Shown here: positions 27,201-39,605 of the stretch, piece by piece
Layout of the letters: every line of letters begins with the position of its first letter
Position numbering within the stretch: the first letter of the stretch is position 1
Assembly: GCF_009914755.1 (NCBI RefSeq)
Contig: NC_060947.1
Strand: one strand, 5' to 3'
Length of the DNA: 64,000 bases
Source of the DNA: the human T2T-CHM13v2.0 reference genome, Homo sapiens
Position numbers and translations under genes: made by a program
The notes under the pieces: model-generated
Told to the model about the DNA's origin: nothing
The model's database searches: none
The model's input: the letters and a program-made list of their open reading frames with translations, nothing else

Positions 27201-28746
27201 ATCTATCAATTTTATATATCCTTTCAAAAAAACAGCTTTTTGTTTCATTTATCTTTTGTATTTTTTGTTCCAATTTTATTTAAGTTCTGCTCTAATCTTG
27301 GTTATTTCTTTTTTTTCTGCTGGGTTTGGTTTGTTCTTGTTTCTGTAGTTCCTTGTGGTGTGACCTTAGATTGTCCATTCGTGCTCTTCCAGACTTTTTG
27401 ATATAGGCAATTTAAGGCTATGAACTTTCCTCTTATCACTGCCATTGCTGTATCCCAGAGTTTTTGATAGGTTTTGTCACTATTATCATTCAGTTCAAAG
27501 AATTTTTCAATTTCCATCTTGATTTCCTTGTTGACGCAATGATCCTTATCAGCAGGTTATTTAATTTTCATGTATTTGTATGATTTTGAAGGTTCCTTTT
27601 GGAGTTGATTTCCAATTTTATTCCACTGTGGTCTGAGATAAAGAAATATTGATTTATGTATATACTTATTAATAAATATGTACCAGTAAATATATATTTA
27701 CTTTATTTAACATATAATTATATATTAATTATATGTATTTATTTATTAAATATATTTAATATATTATTTACATTTACCCGGTGCTTTTGCCTCATGGCTC
27801 TTAATATTCTTTCCTTTGTCTTGACTTTAGATAACCTGATGACTATGTGCCTAGGTGATGATCTTTTTGTGATAAATTTCCCAGGTGTTCTTTGAGCTAC
27901 ATGTATTTGGATGTCTAGATCTCTAGCAAGGCCCGGGAAGTTTTATTGATTATTCCTTCAAATATGTTTTCCAAATTTTAGATTTCTCTTCTTCCTCCAG
28001 AACCTCAATTATTCTTATGTTTGGTCATTTAACAGAATCCCAAAATTACTGGAAGCTTTGTTAATTTTTTTAAAAAAATATCTTTGATTGGGTTCTTTTG
28101 AAAACCTTGTCTTTGATCTCTGAAATTCTTTTGTCTGCTTATTTGATTCTATTGCTGAGACTTTCCAGTATATTCTGCATTTCTCTAAGTGTGCCCTTTA
28201 TTTCCTGAAGTTTTTATTGTTTTTAATGTATGCTATCTATTTCACTGAAGATTTTTCCTCTCATATCTTACATCATTTTTTGATTTCCTTAAGTTAGACT
28301 TCACCTTTCTCTGGTGCCTCTTTGATTAGCTTAATAATCAATCTTCTGAATTCTTTTACTGGCAATTCAGGGATTTCTTCTGGGTTTGGATCCATTGCTG
28401 GTGAGCTAGTGTGATTTTTTGGGGGTGTTAAAGGACCTTGTTTTGTCATATTACAAGAATTTTTTTCTGGTTCCTTCTCATTTGGATAGGTTATGTCAGA
28501 GGGAAGATCTGGGGCTCAAGGCTACTGTTCAGAATTTTTTGTCCCATAATGTGCTCCCTTGATGTAGTGCTCTCCCACTTTTACTAGGGATGTGGCTTCC
28601 TGAGAGCTGAACTGTAACAATTGTTTTTTTCTTTTCTGGATCTAGCCAGCCAGCAGGGCTACCAGGCTCTGGGCTGGTACTGTGAGGTGTCTTCACAGAG
28701 TTCTGTGATGTGAACCATCTTCAGGTTTCTCAGCCATGGGTACCAG
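24278..28746 (-). mobile_element. L1PB-like element: 3' end, ORF2, internal deletion with filler, ORF1 and part of the 5'UTR
   Basis: L1PB-type 3'UTR (ggttacatgagtaagttctttagtggtgatt). ORF 26146-26454 has the RT core [12 protein letters not shown]...TDDMIIYL. Colinear with 10820-16620. Confidence 0.9.
25989..26050. repeat. (TATTT)n repeat within L1 ORF2
   Basis: About 12 tandem TATTT units. Confidence 0.96.
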
Positions 28747-30156
28747 TCTGGCACCTTCTCTGTTTTCTTTAAGGAATCCCAGGCTGTTAGAAACTATTTT
28801 ATATCCCTCATGAAGCAGAGGGTGACAAGAGAAAGGAGAGACAAGCAGAAGTAAGTTGAGAAAACAGAATTCAGTAAACTAAGAAGAAAAAAAAAATTTC
28901 TCAAAAAGAACAAAGTCCTGGAAAAAAAATATATAAAGGCCTCTTGTGTGTGTGTATCATATATATGTGTGTATGCATGAATATATATACACATGCACAC
29001 ACACACATACACACACATAAAGATTCTATACATTTTACTTCAGAACCCTACCCAACACTGGTTTTTATGTTAGTAGAAAAGTAACAGCAGATTTAAAGCA
29101 GGAAGAAAAGAAAATAGGGAAATAGAGAATTTAGGAATTCTATAGTTTGAACATCGACTTTTAGGCTCTTTTTTCCTCATGTAAGTGTGCACAAAAATAG
29201 CATAATATGTCGGTTTTACACCAATACTTGCAAGTAGAGGTGCCGTCAAACAAATTGTTTTTCTGAAAATGGGTCATTCTCTTTGTGTTTTCCTCATTCT
29301 TAGATTATTTGTTTCCCACTACTTATTTTAATGGAGACACTGGACTGTGGCCTAGGCTTTAGTGTAGTGTGTCAAAATGTGCTGATTGTGGGTGGAACTC
29401 TATAGTGTGTCACCACTGAGTCATTTCTGCCCTTTTATGTGCCTCAGTTTCTCCCTCCAGAGGTCTAACACCTCCAGGAGGACACAAAGAATGGAATGAC
29501 CACCTCCTATATGTATCTCCTGGATTAGCCTTCTGAAACTAATTTTGTTAGGGGTTCCCTCTCGGGTTGCTACAGGTTACAAGGGGTCAACCCCTCAAAC
29601 ACTCTCACTCAATGACTGGTCACCTAGGAGTGCCTTTCAGCTGAGAGAAGTAAAATGCCCTTTCTCTTCAGAACTGAGAAAACTCAGTCTCTCATTTATC
29701 TATGAATACAAGAGTTCAGTTTCTCATGCAAATGCACAAGCAAACCAAATTGAGATTAATTTGGGGAGAAAAAACAATGGAGATGACCCTTTAGAACGCA
29801 CTTCTGAACTAGCACCGGGGTGCCTGAAAGTGGCGTGTTCTCGTTGTTTTTAGAAAAAGGCAATGGAGAAGGCCATTTAGAATACACCTCCAAACTAGTA
29901 TTAGGAATCTAAACAACAGCTTTCTAGGAATAAATAAATACATAACAATAAATAAATAAACTGCTCAAAATAAGTCAAGGACCATCAACCAAAGGGAGGT
30001 CTGGGGCTCAGGAGGACTTACCAGTTCTACCAGAGAAGAAGCTCTAAGTCAAGGGAGGCTTTCAGTGGGTTCCAGCTGGTACCTTAACTCCAGGTTCAGG
30101 CAACTTCATGGTCCTGAGTCTTTTCTGAGGCCCCACATGTTTGGGCACCACATTAT
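28747..30156 (-). mobile_element. MER4-group ERV internal sequence (5' leader only)
   Basis: Follows the LTR on the minus strand, with a PBS at ~30129-30150 and a splice donor GGTAAGT at 30016-30022. No coding motifs recognised. Truncated at the L1 junction. Confidence 0.75.
30129..30150 (-). promoter_or_regulatory. Primer binding site, tRNA-Lys-like
   Basis: Minus strand TGGTGCCCAAACATGTGGGGCC, 6 nt from the LTR end. Compare Lys(UUU) TGGCGCCCGAACAGGGAC and Lys(CUU) TGGCGCCCAACGTGGGGC. Confidence 0.65.
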
Positions 30157-30772
30157 TGTCAACAAAAAGAGTCAAAATCTGTAAAATATGTGAAAAGATT
30201 TATTCTGAGCTGAATATGAGTGACCATGGCCTATGACACAGCCCTTAGGAGACCCTGAGAATATGTGCCCAAAGCGGCCACAGTGCAGCTTGGTTTTATA
30301 CACTTAAGGAAAACATGAGACATCAATCAAATACATTCAAAATATACATTGGTTTGGTCTAGAAAGGCTCAACAACTCAAAGTGGGGGCTTCCAGGTTTA
30401 TAGGGAAATTTAAAAATTTTCTGAGTGGCAATTGGTTGAAAGAGCTATTACCAATAGAAACGAATGTCTGGGTTATGACAAGAGGTGGTGGAGACCAAAG
30501 TTTTATTATGCAGAGGGAGCCTCCAGGTAGCAGGCTTCAGAGAGCATAGATTGTAAATGTTTCTTATCAGACTCAAGGTCTGTGTTGGTGTTAAATGCTC
30601 TTCTGCTTTTTCTGAATTCCCAAAGGGAGGAAGAAATACTGAAGCATGTCTGACTTCCACTTCCCATCATAGCCTGAACCAGTCTTGGAGGTTACATTTG
30701 GGGGGCCCTGTTCTAGAAGAGGAGGTTCATTCAGATGATTAGGGGGAATTTGAATTTTATATTTGGTTTATG
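30157..30772 (-). mobile_element. MER4-family LTR (MER4B-like), 5' LTR of the truncated provirus
   Basis: tgtcaacaaaaagagtcaaaatctgtaaaatat...cagcttggttttatacac...catgagacatcaatcaaataca. Shares blocks with the LTR at 31706-32138. Confidence 0.85.
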
Positions 30773-31705
30773 TATTGACCCAGCCTTAAATACTAGGAAT
30801 CAATTCCACTGGTGTATACTTCTGTTTATAATTGTTGGATTTAATTTGCTAATATTTTGTTAAAGATTTTTGTATTATGTTCATGGGAGATATTGGCCTG
30901 TAGCTTTCCTTTATTGTAATATTTGTGTGTGGTTTAGGCATTAGCATAATGCTTTCCTCATAAAATTAGTTAGAATACATTCTCTCTTCTCTATTTATTG
31001 ACAGTCTCTATTTTTAATTAGTGTATTTAGATCATTGACATTAAAAATGCTTATTAACATAGTTGAATTAATATGCATTATATTTGTTCCTCTTCTTATT
31101 GGCCTCTTTCTTTGTTTTATATTTCATTCTTTTTCTCCCTTCTTTGGTTTTCATTTAAGATCTTATATAATGTAATTTTTTTCTCTTAGCGTATTTACTA
31201 TACTTTCTATAAAACTTTTTCTAGTGGTTGCCTTTGTGATTGCTATAAAAATTTACAACTAATCGAAGCCCACTTTCAATGAACACAATACCACCTCCCA
31301 GATAATGCAAGTATTTTATAGTAGCATATTCCCAATTCCTTCCTCTCATCTTTTGTAACATTACTGCTATAAAATTTTCTTGTCCATAAGCTATAATCAC
31401 CAATGCCATCATTGCTATTATTATTGTGGTCAAACACTTATCCATTAGATACATTAAGAATGAGAAAGATGAAAGATTTTATTTTACCTTCAATTATTCC
31501 TTTGCTAATGCTCTTTCTTCCTTTTATGTAGATTTAAGTTTTTGATCTATATCAATTTTTCTTTCTAATTTTTTTAACGTGTCTTACAAGGCAGATCTTT
31601 AGGCAAAAAATTCTTCTAATTATTGTTTATCTAAAACATCTTTATTTCTTTTTAGATTTCTGAAGGATAATTTTTGCTGAAATTAGAATTCCTGGTTGAT
31701 GATTA

Positions 31706-32138
31706 TGTGAATCCCGAAAATTTGAGACACGTCTCAGTTAATTTAGCAAGTTTATTTTGTCAAGGTTGAGGATGCACCTGTGATACAGTCTCAGGAATTC
31801 CTGATGACGTGTGCCTAAGGTGGTCAGGGCACAGCTTGGTTTTATACATTTTAGGGAGACATGAGACATCAATCAATATGTGTAAGAAGTACATTAGTTC
31901 TGTCCAGAAAGGTGGAGACAACTCAAGTTAAGGTCCCCCAACTGGGGGCTTCCAGGTTACAGGTAGGTGAGAGGCAGATGGTTGTATTCTTTTGAGTTTC
32001 TGATAAGTCTTTCCAAGGGAAGCAACCACAATATGAATCTATCTTTGTGAGCAGAGGGATGACTTTGAATAGAATGGGAGGCATATTTGCCCTGAGGGGT
32101 TCCCAGCTTGAAGGGGCCCAATATATTTTCCTTTCACA
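31706..32138 (-). mobile_element. Solo MER4A/MER4A1-like LTR
   Basis: TG...CA termini. The minus strand starts TGTGAAAGGAAAATATATTGGGCCCC. 4-bp TSD ATTA at 31702-31705 and 32139-32142. Confidence 0.9.
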
Positions 32139-32207
32139 ATTATTTTATCTCAACTACTTAAATATTTCACACCATTTTATCCTTGTTTGCATGGTATCTG
32201 AAAATAA

Positions 32208-32517
<310 letters not shown>

Positions 32518-33496
32518 GTAATATTTAATTCTTATCCTTCTTTCTCTGTAAGATATATTTTTTCCCGTGCCTTCTGTCAAGATGTTTTTCCTTGTCTGAT
32601 ATCTGCAGTTTAAATATGACATGCCTACAGCTAGAATTTCTTTCTTTTTTTTTCTTCTTGTTGGTTTCTTTTATCTTCCTGGTGTTTGCTAAGCTTCCTA
32701 GAGCTATCTGTAGTTTAGTTTCATTTTCTTCTCTTTTTTTGTTTTTGAAAATTCTCACTCATTGCTTCAGTTATATCTCCTGTCCCTTATCTTTTTCTTC
32801 CACTCATATTCCCATTATACATATATTATACCTTTTTAAAAATTGTCCTAGAGTTCTTGTATATTCTGTCCTGGCTTTTTAATTACTTTTTTTTTTTTTT
32901 TTGCATTTTATTTTTGAAAGTTTCTACTGACTTTTTTTTTACAACTTACTTATTCTTATCTTGGTGATATCCAAACTGTTGATAAGACCATCAAATCATC
33001 AAAATCACTTCTAATTTCTATTCGATTTTCATTTCTTGCATTTTAAAAAAATTAATTTGTATAGTTTTTACTATCTGCTTATATTACTTATGTGTTTTAT
33101 ATGTTATTCACTCTTTCAGAGCCCTTAGCATATTAATCATAGTTGTTTTAAATTTTTGATTTGATAATTTTACTATCTCTGCCATATCTGATTCTGATAC
33201 TGGCTTTGTCTGTTCAAACTGTGTTTGTGTTTTAGTATGTGTTGTAATTTTTGTTTAAAGTTGTACATGATGTACAGGGTAAACAAACAAATAAACAAAA
33301 CTGTATTGGTTTTCAGTGTGAGGTTTTACATACCTGTCTAGGGGTTAGGCTATCTTAACTGTTTGCTGTAGTTACAGGGTTCAGAGGCTAAAATTTCCTC
33401 TGTTGCTTTTTTTACTGTTTGTTTCCCTTTTGTGTTTGGATTTTCCTAAATACTTCTTAGAAATGTGCAGTAGTTACAGTAGCATTCCCATCTTAT

Positions 33497-34716
33497 TGAT
33501 ACAACTCTGATGACTTGAGAAACACCAGGGTCCTTTGTCTCATGCCAATAAGATCAACAACATGGACACACATCAAGTGGTGATGAAGCAGGAGATGTGA
33601 GAGGAAAAACAAATGTTCCCTCTTTCCTTTGGTATGAGCAGCTTTCCCCTCGAATCCCTCCCCCTTCCGTGCGATTGTACCCTGCTCTGCAAGTTTTTAT
33701 GAGTTTATGGTTTCCTGTTTTCTGTAACTGGTGTCTGTAAGTCTCTGTTTTTTCATCTGAGTAGCACCGCTGAGGTCATGAGACATGCTTGAGCAAGCTT
33801 AGATTGCAGCCCTCTGGGTGCCATAGCTAAGGACTCAAGATAAGGCTGTGCAGGCATCTTGAGCAAACCTAGATAACAGCCACCTGGCCTGCATAGCAAG
33901 AGTCACATGTAAGCCTGAGTTAGGAACCTGTCACAGTTTGATTAAGTTTGATTACAGACCATAACTATGACTGCCTTTGTTCTGCTTCTGTAAGCTTGCT
34001 TTCCCTGCCCTGCAAGTTTCACGCCACTGGCAAGCCACCTCCACTTTGGTTGTATGAATAAAAGTCAAGCCCTGACTTCATTTGTTGCTCAGCCTCTGCA
34101 TATTAATCTGCCGAGCTGGTGGCCACCTAAATAAAATCCTCCTGTTCCACCCATGCGTCTCTCTGGTCTCCTGATTCCCACAACAGTGTTAAAGAGCAGA
34201 AAGTTTAATAAGCAAGAAAGAAGAAAGAAAGAAGAAAAACAGCTTCCCTGTACAGAGGGAGGGAGGCTCCAAATGAAGATACCACATGTGCAGTGGAAAG
34301 CAGTAGGTTATATTGGGAGTCTGGAAGAGGCAGTGTTTGATTTGCATAGGGCCCAGGGGATTGGTTTGACCAGGTGTGTCATTCATGTAGCCGGGAAAAA
34401 ACTGGTCCTCCTACCCTAGCCTTTTAAGATGCAAATGTGGATCACCATAATGTCCTGCACACATGGTGTTATCTTCAGATAGCCGTGACACTTGTCACAC
34501 ATGGTGACAAGGAGAAGAGGGAAGGAACCGCCATGTTGGGTGGATCTGGCTTCTAGCTATCGGTATGTGAACATTAATGCTTGCTGGTCTGGTTGTTCAA
34601 GCCACTTTCTGTTAGAACGGAAATTGTTCAGAGGTTGCTTTTTATTAAAGAAAAATTCCACTGATAACCTCCACACTTTCAAGCTGCCTAAAAATTATTT
34701 CTTAACTCCTGTATTA
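33497..34716 (-). mobile_element. 3' LTR of the provirus (split by a nested LTR)
   Basis: 33497-33580 and 34186-34716 align with 39606-40218. Confidence 0.9.
33581..34185 (+). mobile_element. Nested solo LTR, LTR18B-like (class III, HERV-S/HERVL18)
   Basis: 605 bp absent from the 5' LTR, with TG...CA termini. AATAAA lies near 34129 and it ends ctgattcccacaaca. Imperfect TSD GTGG/GTGT. Family from recall. Confidence 0.75.
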
Positions 34717-34728
34717 TTTCCCCCCTCT
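34717..34728 (-). promoter_or_regulatory. Polypurine tract
   Basis: Minus strand AGAGGGGGGAAA directly before the 3' LTR. Confidence 0.85.
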
Positions 34729-34729
34729 G

Positions 34730-35950
34730 GAGAAGTAAACCTAACTGCTGATAGGGGGTGTTGGATGACAATTCTTTCTGGCTATTTCCTGCTGAAAAGG
34801 GGTGTTGTGTGGGGGAACAGCATTTGGGCCTCCTACTGAGGTTGATCTAATGGTTCTCAGAAGAATGGTGTGTCCATGCGTGGTTTGGTTTGCAGCACCA
34901 TTTGGAGTTTGATTGCTTCTTGGCAAAAAGAAATAAATTTTACAAGGAAATTTAAAATATACAGTTAGCATATGAGTATTGAGATTACCACTATTAGTGG
35001 GGGGTACTATAGACCATAACTATGACAGTAGAGTGTGATACCTGTTAGTTACACCAATGGATTGTAATACCGGTTTTCCTCCACTAGATGGAGCTGTACA
35101 TTAGCAGAAACTTTAATATAAAAGTAACATTTTCCTTGAGAAAAGCATACATTTCCCCCTTGACCTGCCATTAGAGAACAATTTTAGGCTTAGGCTATTT
35201 TTTATAACTTGCAATATGATTGTGAGAAATATGTTATTGGGTGGCTAAAATAACTTTAGTGTTAATCTTGACAGTTCTTTCCTTGAATTATTAAATTATT
35301 TCATGATTTTCACAGACCCTCTTACAACATACTTAAACTTTCTTACTTGTCCTAAACATCTTTCCTTTAAACAACCAATCATTTCCTTTTAGGACAAGAA
35401 TTTACCATACAAAATCTTTCCTTATATAAAATCTCTTTTTTCATAACCTTTTCATAGCTTACAGTGCACCATATTACCAATCTTCAATAAAATGTCCTAT
35501 CAAACTTAATGATAGTAAAACTTTCATGCTTACTTCTTATCCACAGCTATTATTCCTGCTATAAGCAAAACAACTTTGGTTAATCTTTTCTGCAATTATT
35601 AATCTTGTTATAAGGATGATAATTAGGCAAAATATTACAGCAATTAGAATTTTACAACCAGAATTCCACATTGTGTGGCCAGAGTGTATAGTTCTATTGC
35701 AAATAGTAGCGTGACTATAATAATTCCCACAAGAGTGGTGTAGTAAATAATTTCCATTTAAAACTTTACTTGCCAAGATATAATATTTCCCTTTAGGGAT
35801 GTACAAAATTACAAATGCAATTCTATGAATAATTAAAATCTGCCTGCCAATATGCATTAAAAAGAAGTTCTAATATTTGGTGGCAAATTTTGAGAGGAAA
35901 GGCCAGAAATAATAAAAATTATCTGGTGAGGCAGTAGTGGGACTGAGTAA
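34730..35950 (-). pseudogene. env: Degenerate env-region remnant
   Basis: Assigned by position between the integrase C-terminus and the PPT. No intact env motif recognised. Confidence 0.4.
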
Positions 35951-35990
35951 GATGAGTGGTCCTCACTCAGTTACTTATCTTTTATGCTTT

Positions 35991-36790
35991 TCAGCTTAAG
36001 ATCTTCTGTTTCTCCCCATTGATATTGAGGACATTCCTCTGTGCTGTCAGGGATTGCTCCCCCAGCTCTTCAGGCCTTGACTTGAGTGAAATGTATTCAG
36101 GAGTTGATTCCTGTAACTTTACTGCCGAGGGGATTGAAAGAAGAACAATGCAAGGCCCTTGCCAGCTTGACATAGGGAAGGAGGGATGTGAGATTTTCAC
36201 TAATACCACATTTCCCGGTGCTATTTTATAGGACATCCAGTAGTGGTAAGAGAATGTCTTTTCTTTTAAATGGCAGCATGAGCATAGAAAGCTAAGAAAG
36301 CATACTTGGAGTTAGTATAAATGTTAGCTATCTTTCCCTTGCTTAATTCAAGTGCTCTTGTAAGAGCTAGTAGTTCAGCTAATTGAGCCCTTGTGTCTGA
36401 GATGAAATGTTATTTAGAGTGACTACTGCTTATCCTGCCTTATGTACTTCTTGCTTTACTGGCTGTTTGTTAGCTAAGAGCTCCCCCTAGAGGGCAGTGA
36501 TCCTGCCACATATGTGGAGTGTAAACAGTTAAATTATTTCCTTGGGTTAATTTGGAGGCTTTTCTGACTCATGACAATGGCTTGGAAGCATGTGTAAACA
36601 ATAGTTCTTCCTAACTGCAACTAAGGTTGAGAAAAATGTTGGATTAGAGTTTTTCCTGAGATACGCCTTACGGTCATGCTATGGAAAGAGGGGAGGCCTG
36701 GATTAGGAGAAAAGAGAGAGACTGGCTCTAGTGTTTAGAAGGAGGTCTACTCTCCTTCCTTCAATTTCCAGAATCACCCGGGGTCCTGGG
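35991..36790 (-). pseudogene. pol: pro/pol remnants: protease N-terminus, RNase H fragment, integrase C-terminus
   Basis: PRVILEIEGRRVDLLLNTRA (LLDTGA decayed). 36260-36392 translates to AQLAELLALTRALELSKGKIANIYTNSKYAF (RNase H). PGNVVLVK...WQGPCIVLLSIPSAVKL is the GPY/F-type IN tail. RT and the IN core are missing. Confidence 0.85.
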
Positions 36791-36839
36791 CTGTAACGGC
36801 AGTCTGAGTTGCTGGAGCCGGGGGTTTGAGCCCTGGGAC

Positions 36840-38190
36840 CCATCATTCCTGCTGGACCATCTGTGAGACTGGTTCTGAACCCAGTGACCTCTGTTTTTTG
36901 GGGCAGTTTCATCTCTGGTGGTCTCTTCTAAAGGCTGGATAGGGTTGAGGTGGCTTCTACTTGCTGCCTGGGCATTCCTTCTTAAAATGCCCTGGCCTGC
37001 CACACTGATAGCAACTAACAGATGCACCTAGAAGATTGTGGACTTTGCAAGCCTATAAAGCCGCTACTAGAGCCTCTATCCTTTTCCTGACCTTTCTCTT
37101 TTTCTTCTGGGTCTCCTCCTGGTCCCTATTATAAAAGACCAAAGTGGCCACCTTCAGAAGGTTCTCTGGTCCTGTAGCTTGCTTCTATAGTTTCCTTCTA
37201 ATATTGGGAGCTGCCTGTGTAATAAACTTGTCCTTGAGGATGAGCTGTCCCTTGACTGAATCAGGGGATAAAGAGGTGTGTTTTATTAGTGCCTCTCTCA
37301 GCCTTTCCATAAAGGCTGCAGGATTCTCTTCTGGCTTTTGGTTTATCATAGACAGTTTAGAGTAATTGAGATGTCTAGTGTTAGTTCTTTGTAGGCCCTC
37401 TAAAATGCATGTTAAAAAGTGCTTCCTTTTCCATTCATCTGCAGAGCTATTGGGGTCACAATCAAGTTTGTCAAGGGGGAACTGCTTTCCTTTCAATTGA
37501 GAATGGTGTTTCTGCTATTTCTTCACTCTCCCTTTCTTCTTACTTCTCTTTTGGTTTGTTATAGGTGATATATTGCTCATCTCCAAAATTATCTGCTATT
37601 TGCAGAGCTGCCCACTTTTCAGCTGCAGTGAGGGTTTGGTTTGGGAGCAGCATAACACCTTTCCATGTGAGGTGAAATACCTGAGTTGAATTGTGAAAAG
37701 TTTCTATATACCTATCAGGGTCATCAGAAAATCAGCCTAAGTTTCCCTTTATTTGCCTAGGGTCCTATTTGAGAAGGGAACTTGAACCCTCATTGCACCA
37801 TTTCCATCAGGCATTTCCTGTAGAGGTAAGGGTGAAGTGGGGAAAGTGGGTAATAACGGAGGATGGTGGAGCTGGAGGAACTGATGGTACAATTGGATGG
37901 AGTTCTAAATGAGGGTAACTGGAAGGGTTGGGACATTCAATAGCTGTCTCAGATTGCTCCTATAAAATCTGCTTTAGCTCTGGGAAACTATTCCCTGTGG
38001 GCTTGCCTGCTATGGCTGCTAAAAGAACTGGGTTGCTCTTACAGTGCTTCCAAAGGTTTAGTAAAAATGCCATGCCCATGTGCAAAAGAAAATGAGTTGG
38101 TTTTCTCTTCAATGTCCTGAGGTCAAAGAAGTTCCAGTGTTTCAGGGTGCACTCCAGAGGGGTACAAGCTGAAGATAATCTGTTACCCAT
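36840..38190 (-). pseudogene. gag: Frameshifted gag (MA start, CA, NC zinc knuckle)
   Basis: MGNRLSSACTPLECTLKHW (MA). QKPEENPAAFMERLREAL...KDKFITQAAPNIRRKL (CA major-homology region). 36970-37013 translates to CYQCGRPGHFKKECP (CCHC). Confidence 0.9.
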
Positions 38191-39550
38191 CTAGAAAGAG
38201 AAGCAAGAATAAAAGCATCCTTTTAGTCTCCTTCCTTTCTGTGTAACCCAGGGTGGAGAAGAAGACAGTGGAAGCGTCCTCCTGACTGTTTTCCCTCCCT
38301 GGTTCCTGGGTCCCGGCAGCCTGTTAAATGTGGTACCCATGGTTGTAAGCGGGACCCTCCAAGCCATAGAACTGGATGAACTAGGTGATGGGACTCATCA
38401 CGCTTTACCCGTGCAACCTTAGCTTATTTGTCCTGTGTGATTCCCCTTTGGCTTACTAAACCTATGTGATCTGCCTGGTTCTCTCAAAAAATGGATCTTG
38501 GGAAAGACTATATAAAAGACTAGCCTCCTTTAATGGAGGGAATTTGCTAGATTGCCTGCTATTATGGCCCGTTCTAAAGAATTTACCCTTAGAAAAATGG
38601 TTCTGGTTAACTTCTGTACTTAAAATCCCCTTACTGATTAAGTACTATCTTAATCAGAGAGAGAATAGGTGCCTTAAAGGGACACTGGGACCTAATGACG
38701 ACTTTCCTGCTGATGGGACAGTGTTGGGACTAAAATTTGGCTGCAGAGGACGTTTTATTCCTAATAGTTGAAAGCAGAATTTTCCTTGTTCACAGAAGCA
38801 GCATAAAACCTGGTTTCCGGTAGAAAGGCATAAAAAGGAAAAATTGGAAGGCTGCAATGTACCGCAGAAAACCAGCACATGAGTCTTACGAAGAGGATTT
38901 CTATTTTTCACGAGGTGGTGATGTTGGCTTAGAAATACCATGTAATCACAAGCTGACTATTAGCGAGTAGCCACACTGTGGGGGAAACGGGAGGTCTCTG
39001 TTCCTACAAGATTGCAACAGCATTTGCCTAAGCTATATCCCTGGTTACTACAGAATTTCCTGATCTTGACTAACAGGATTACTTCCCTAGACTGTAAAAA
39101 TTCCCACATATTCGACACACAGAGAGAGTAAGAGACTGTGGATAGAAAAAGAAGGAAAGTTTTGTGACAAGATAGCTGGGAATTCTTAACCAACACCCGG
39201 AGCAGACTGACTGAGGCTGGGTGCAGTACAGAAGCCTTTGAATAGCACCAGGGTATGCCCTGGCCAGCAATTCAGTTGCTTCAGTACTTTTCCAAGCCTC
39301 ATGTAATGGCTAAGTTTCCCCAGGAAAAGAAACTGAGTCAAAACATGGCCAACATTCCCAATGACCCATGAGTAATGGAGGGTTCTCCATGTTCTCACTA
39401 GCAAACCTGACATCCAAGTCTTTATAACTGCAGCCACGATAAGCGTATTTTTAACCAGTTGACGGATTCCCATTAATTGATTTGATTTTGATTTTAAACT
39501 AGAAGCCAAGAGTGCCTCAGAATGATAGAACAGATTTTTAAGGTCCCTTC

Positions 39551-39602
39551 TATACTCACCACTCCAGTGAATGTTGTACCTTGGATTCCAGCCAATGCAC
39601 CA
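39551..39602 (-). promoter_or_regulatory. tRNA-Gly-type PBS and major splice donor
   Basis: Minus strand TGGTGCATTGGCTGGAAT at 39585-39602, 3 nt from the LTR. Donor GGTGAGT within 39551-39560. Confidence 0.8.
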
Positions 39603-39605
39603 AAA

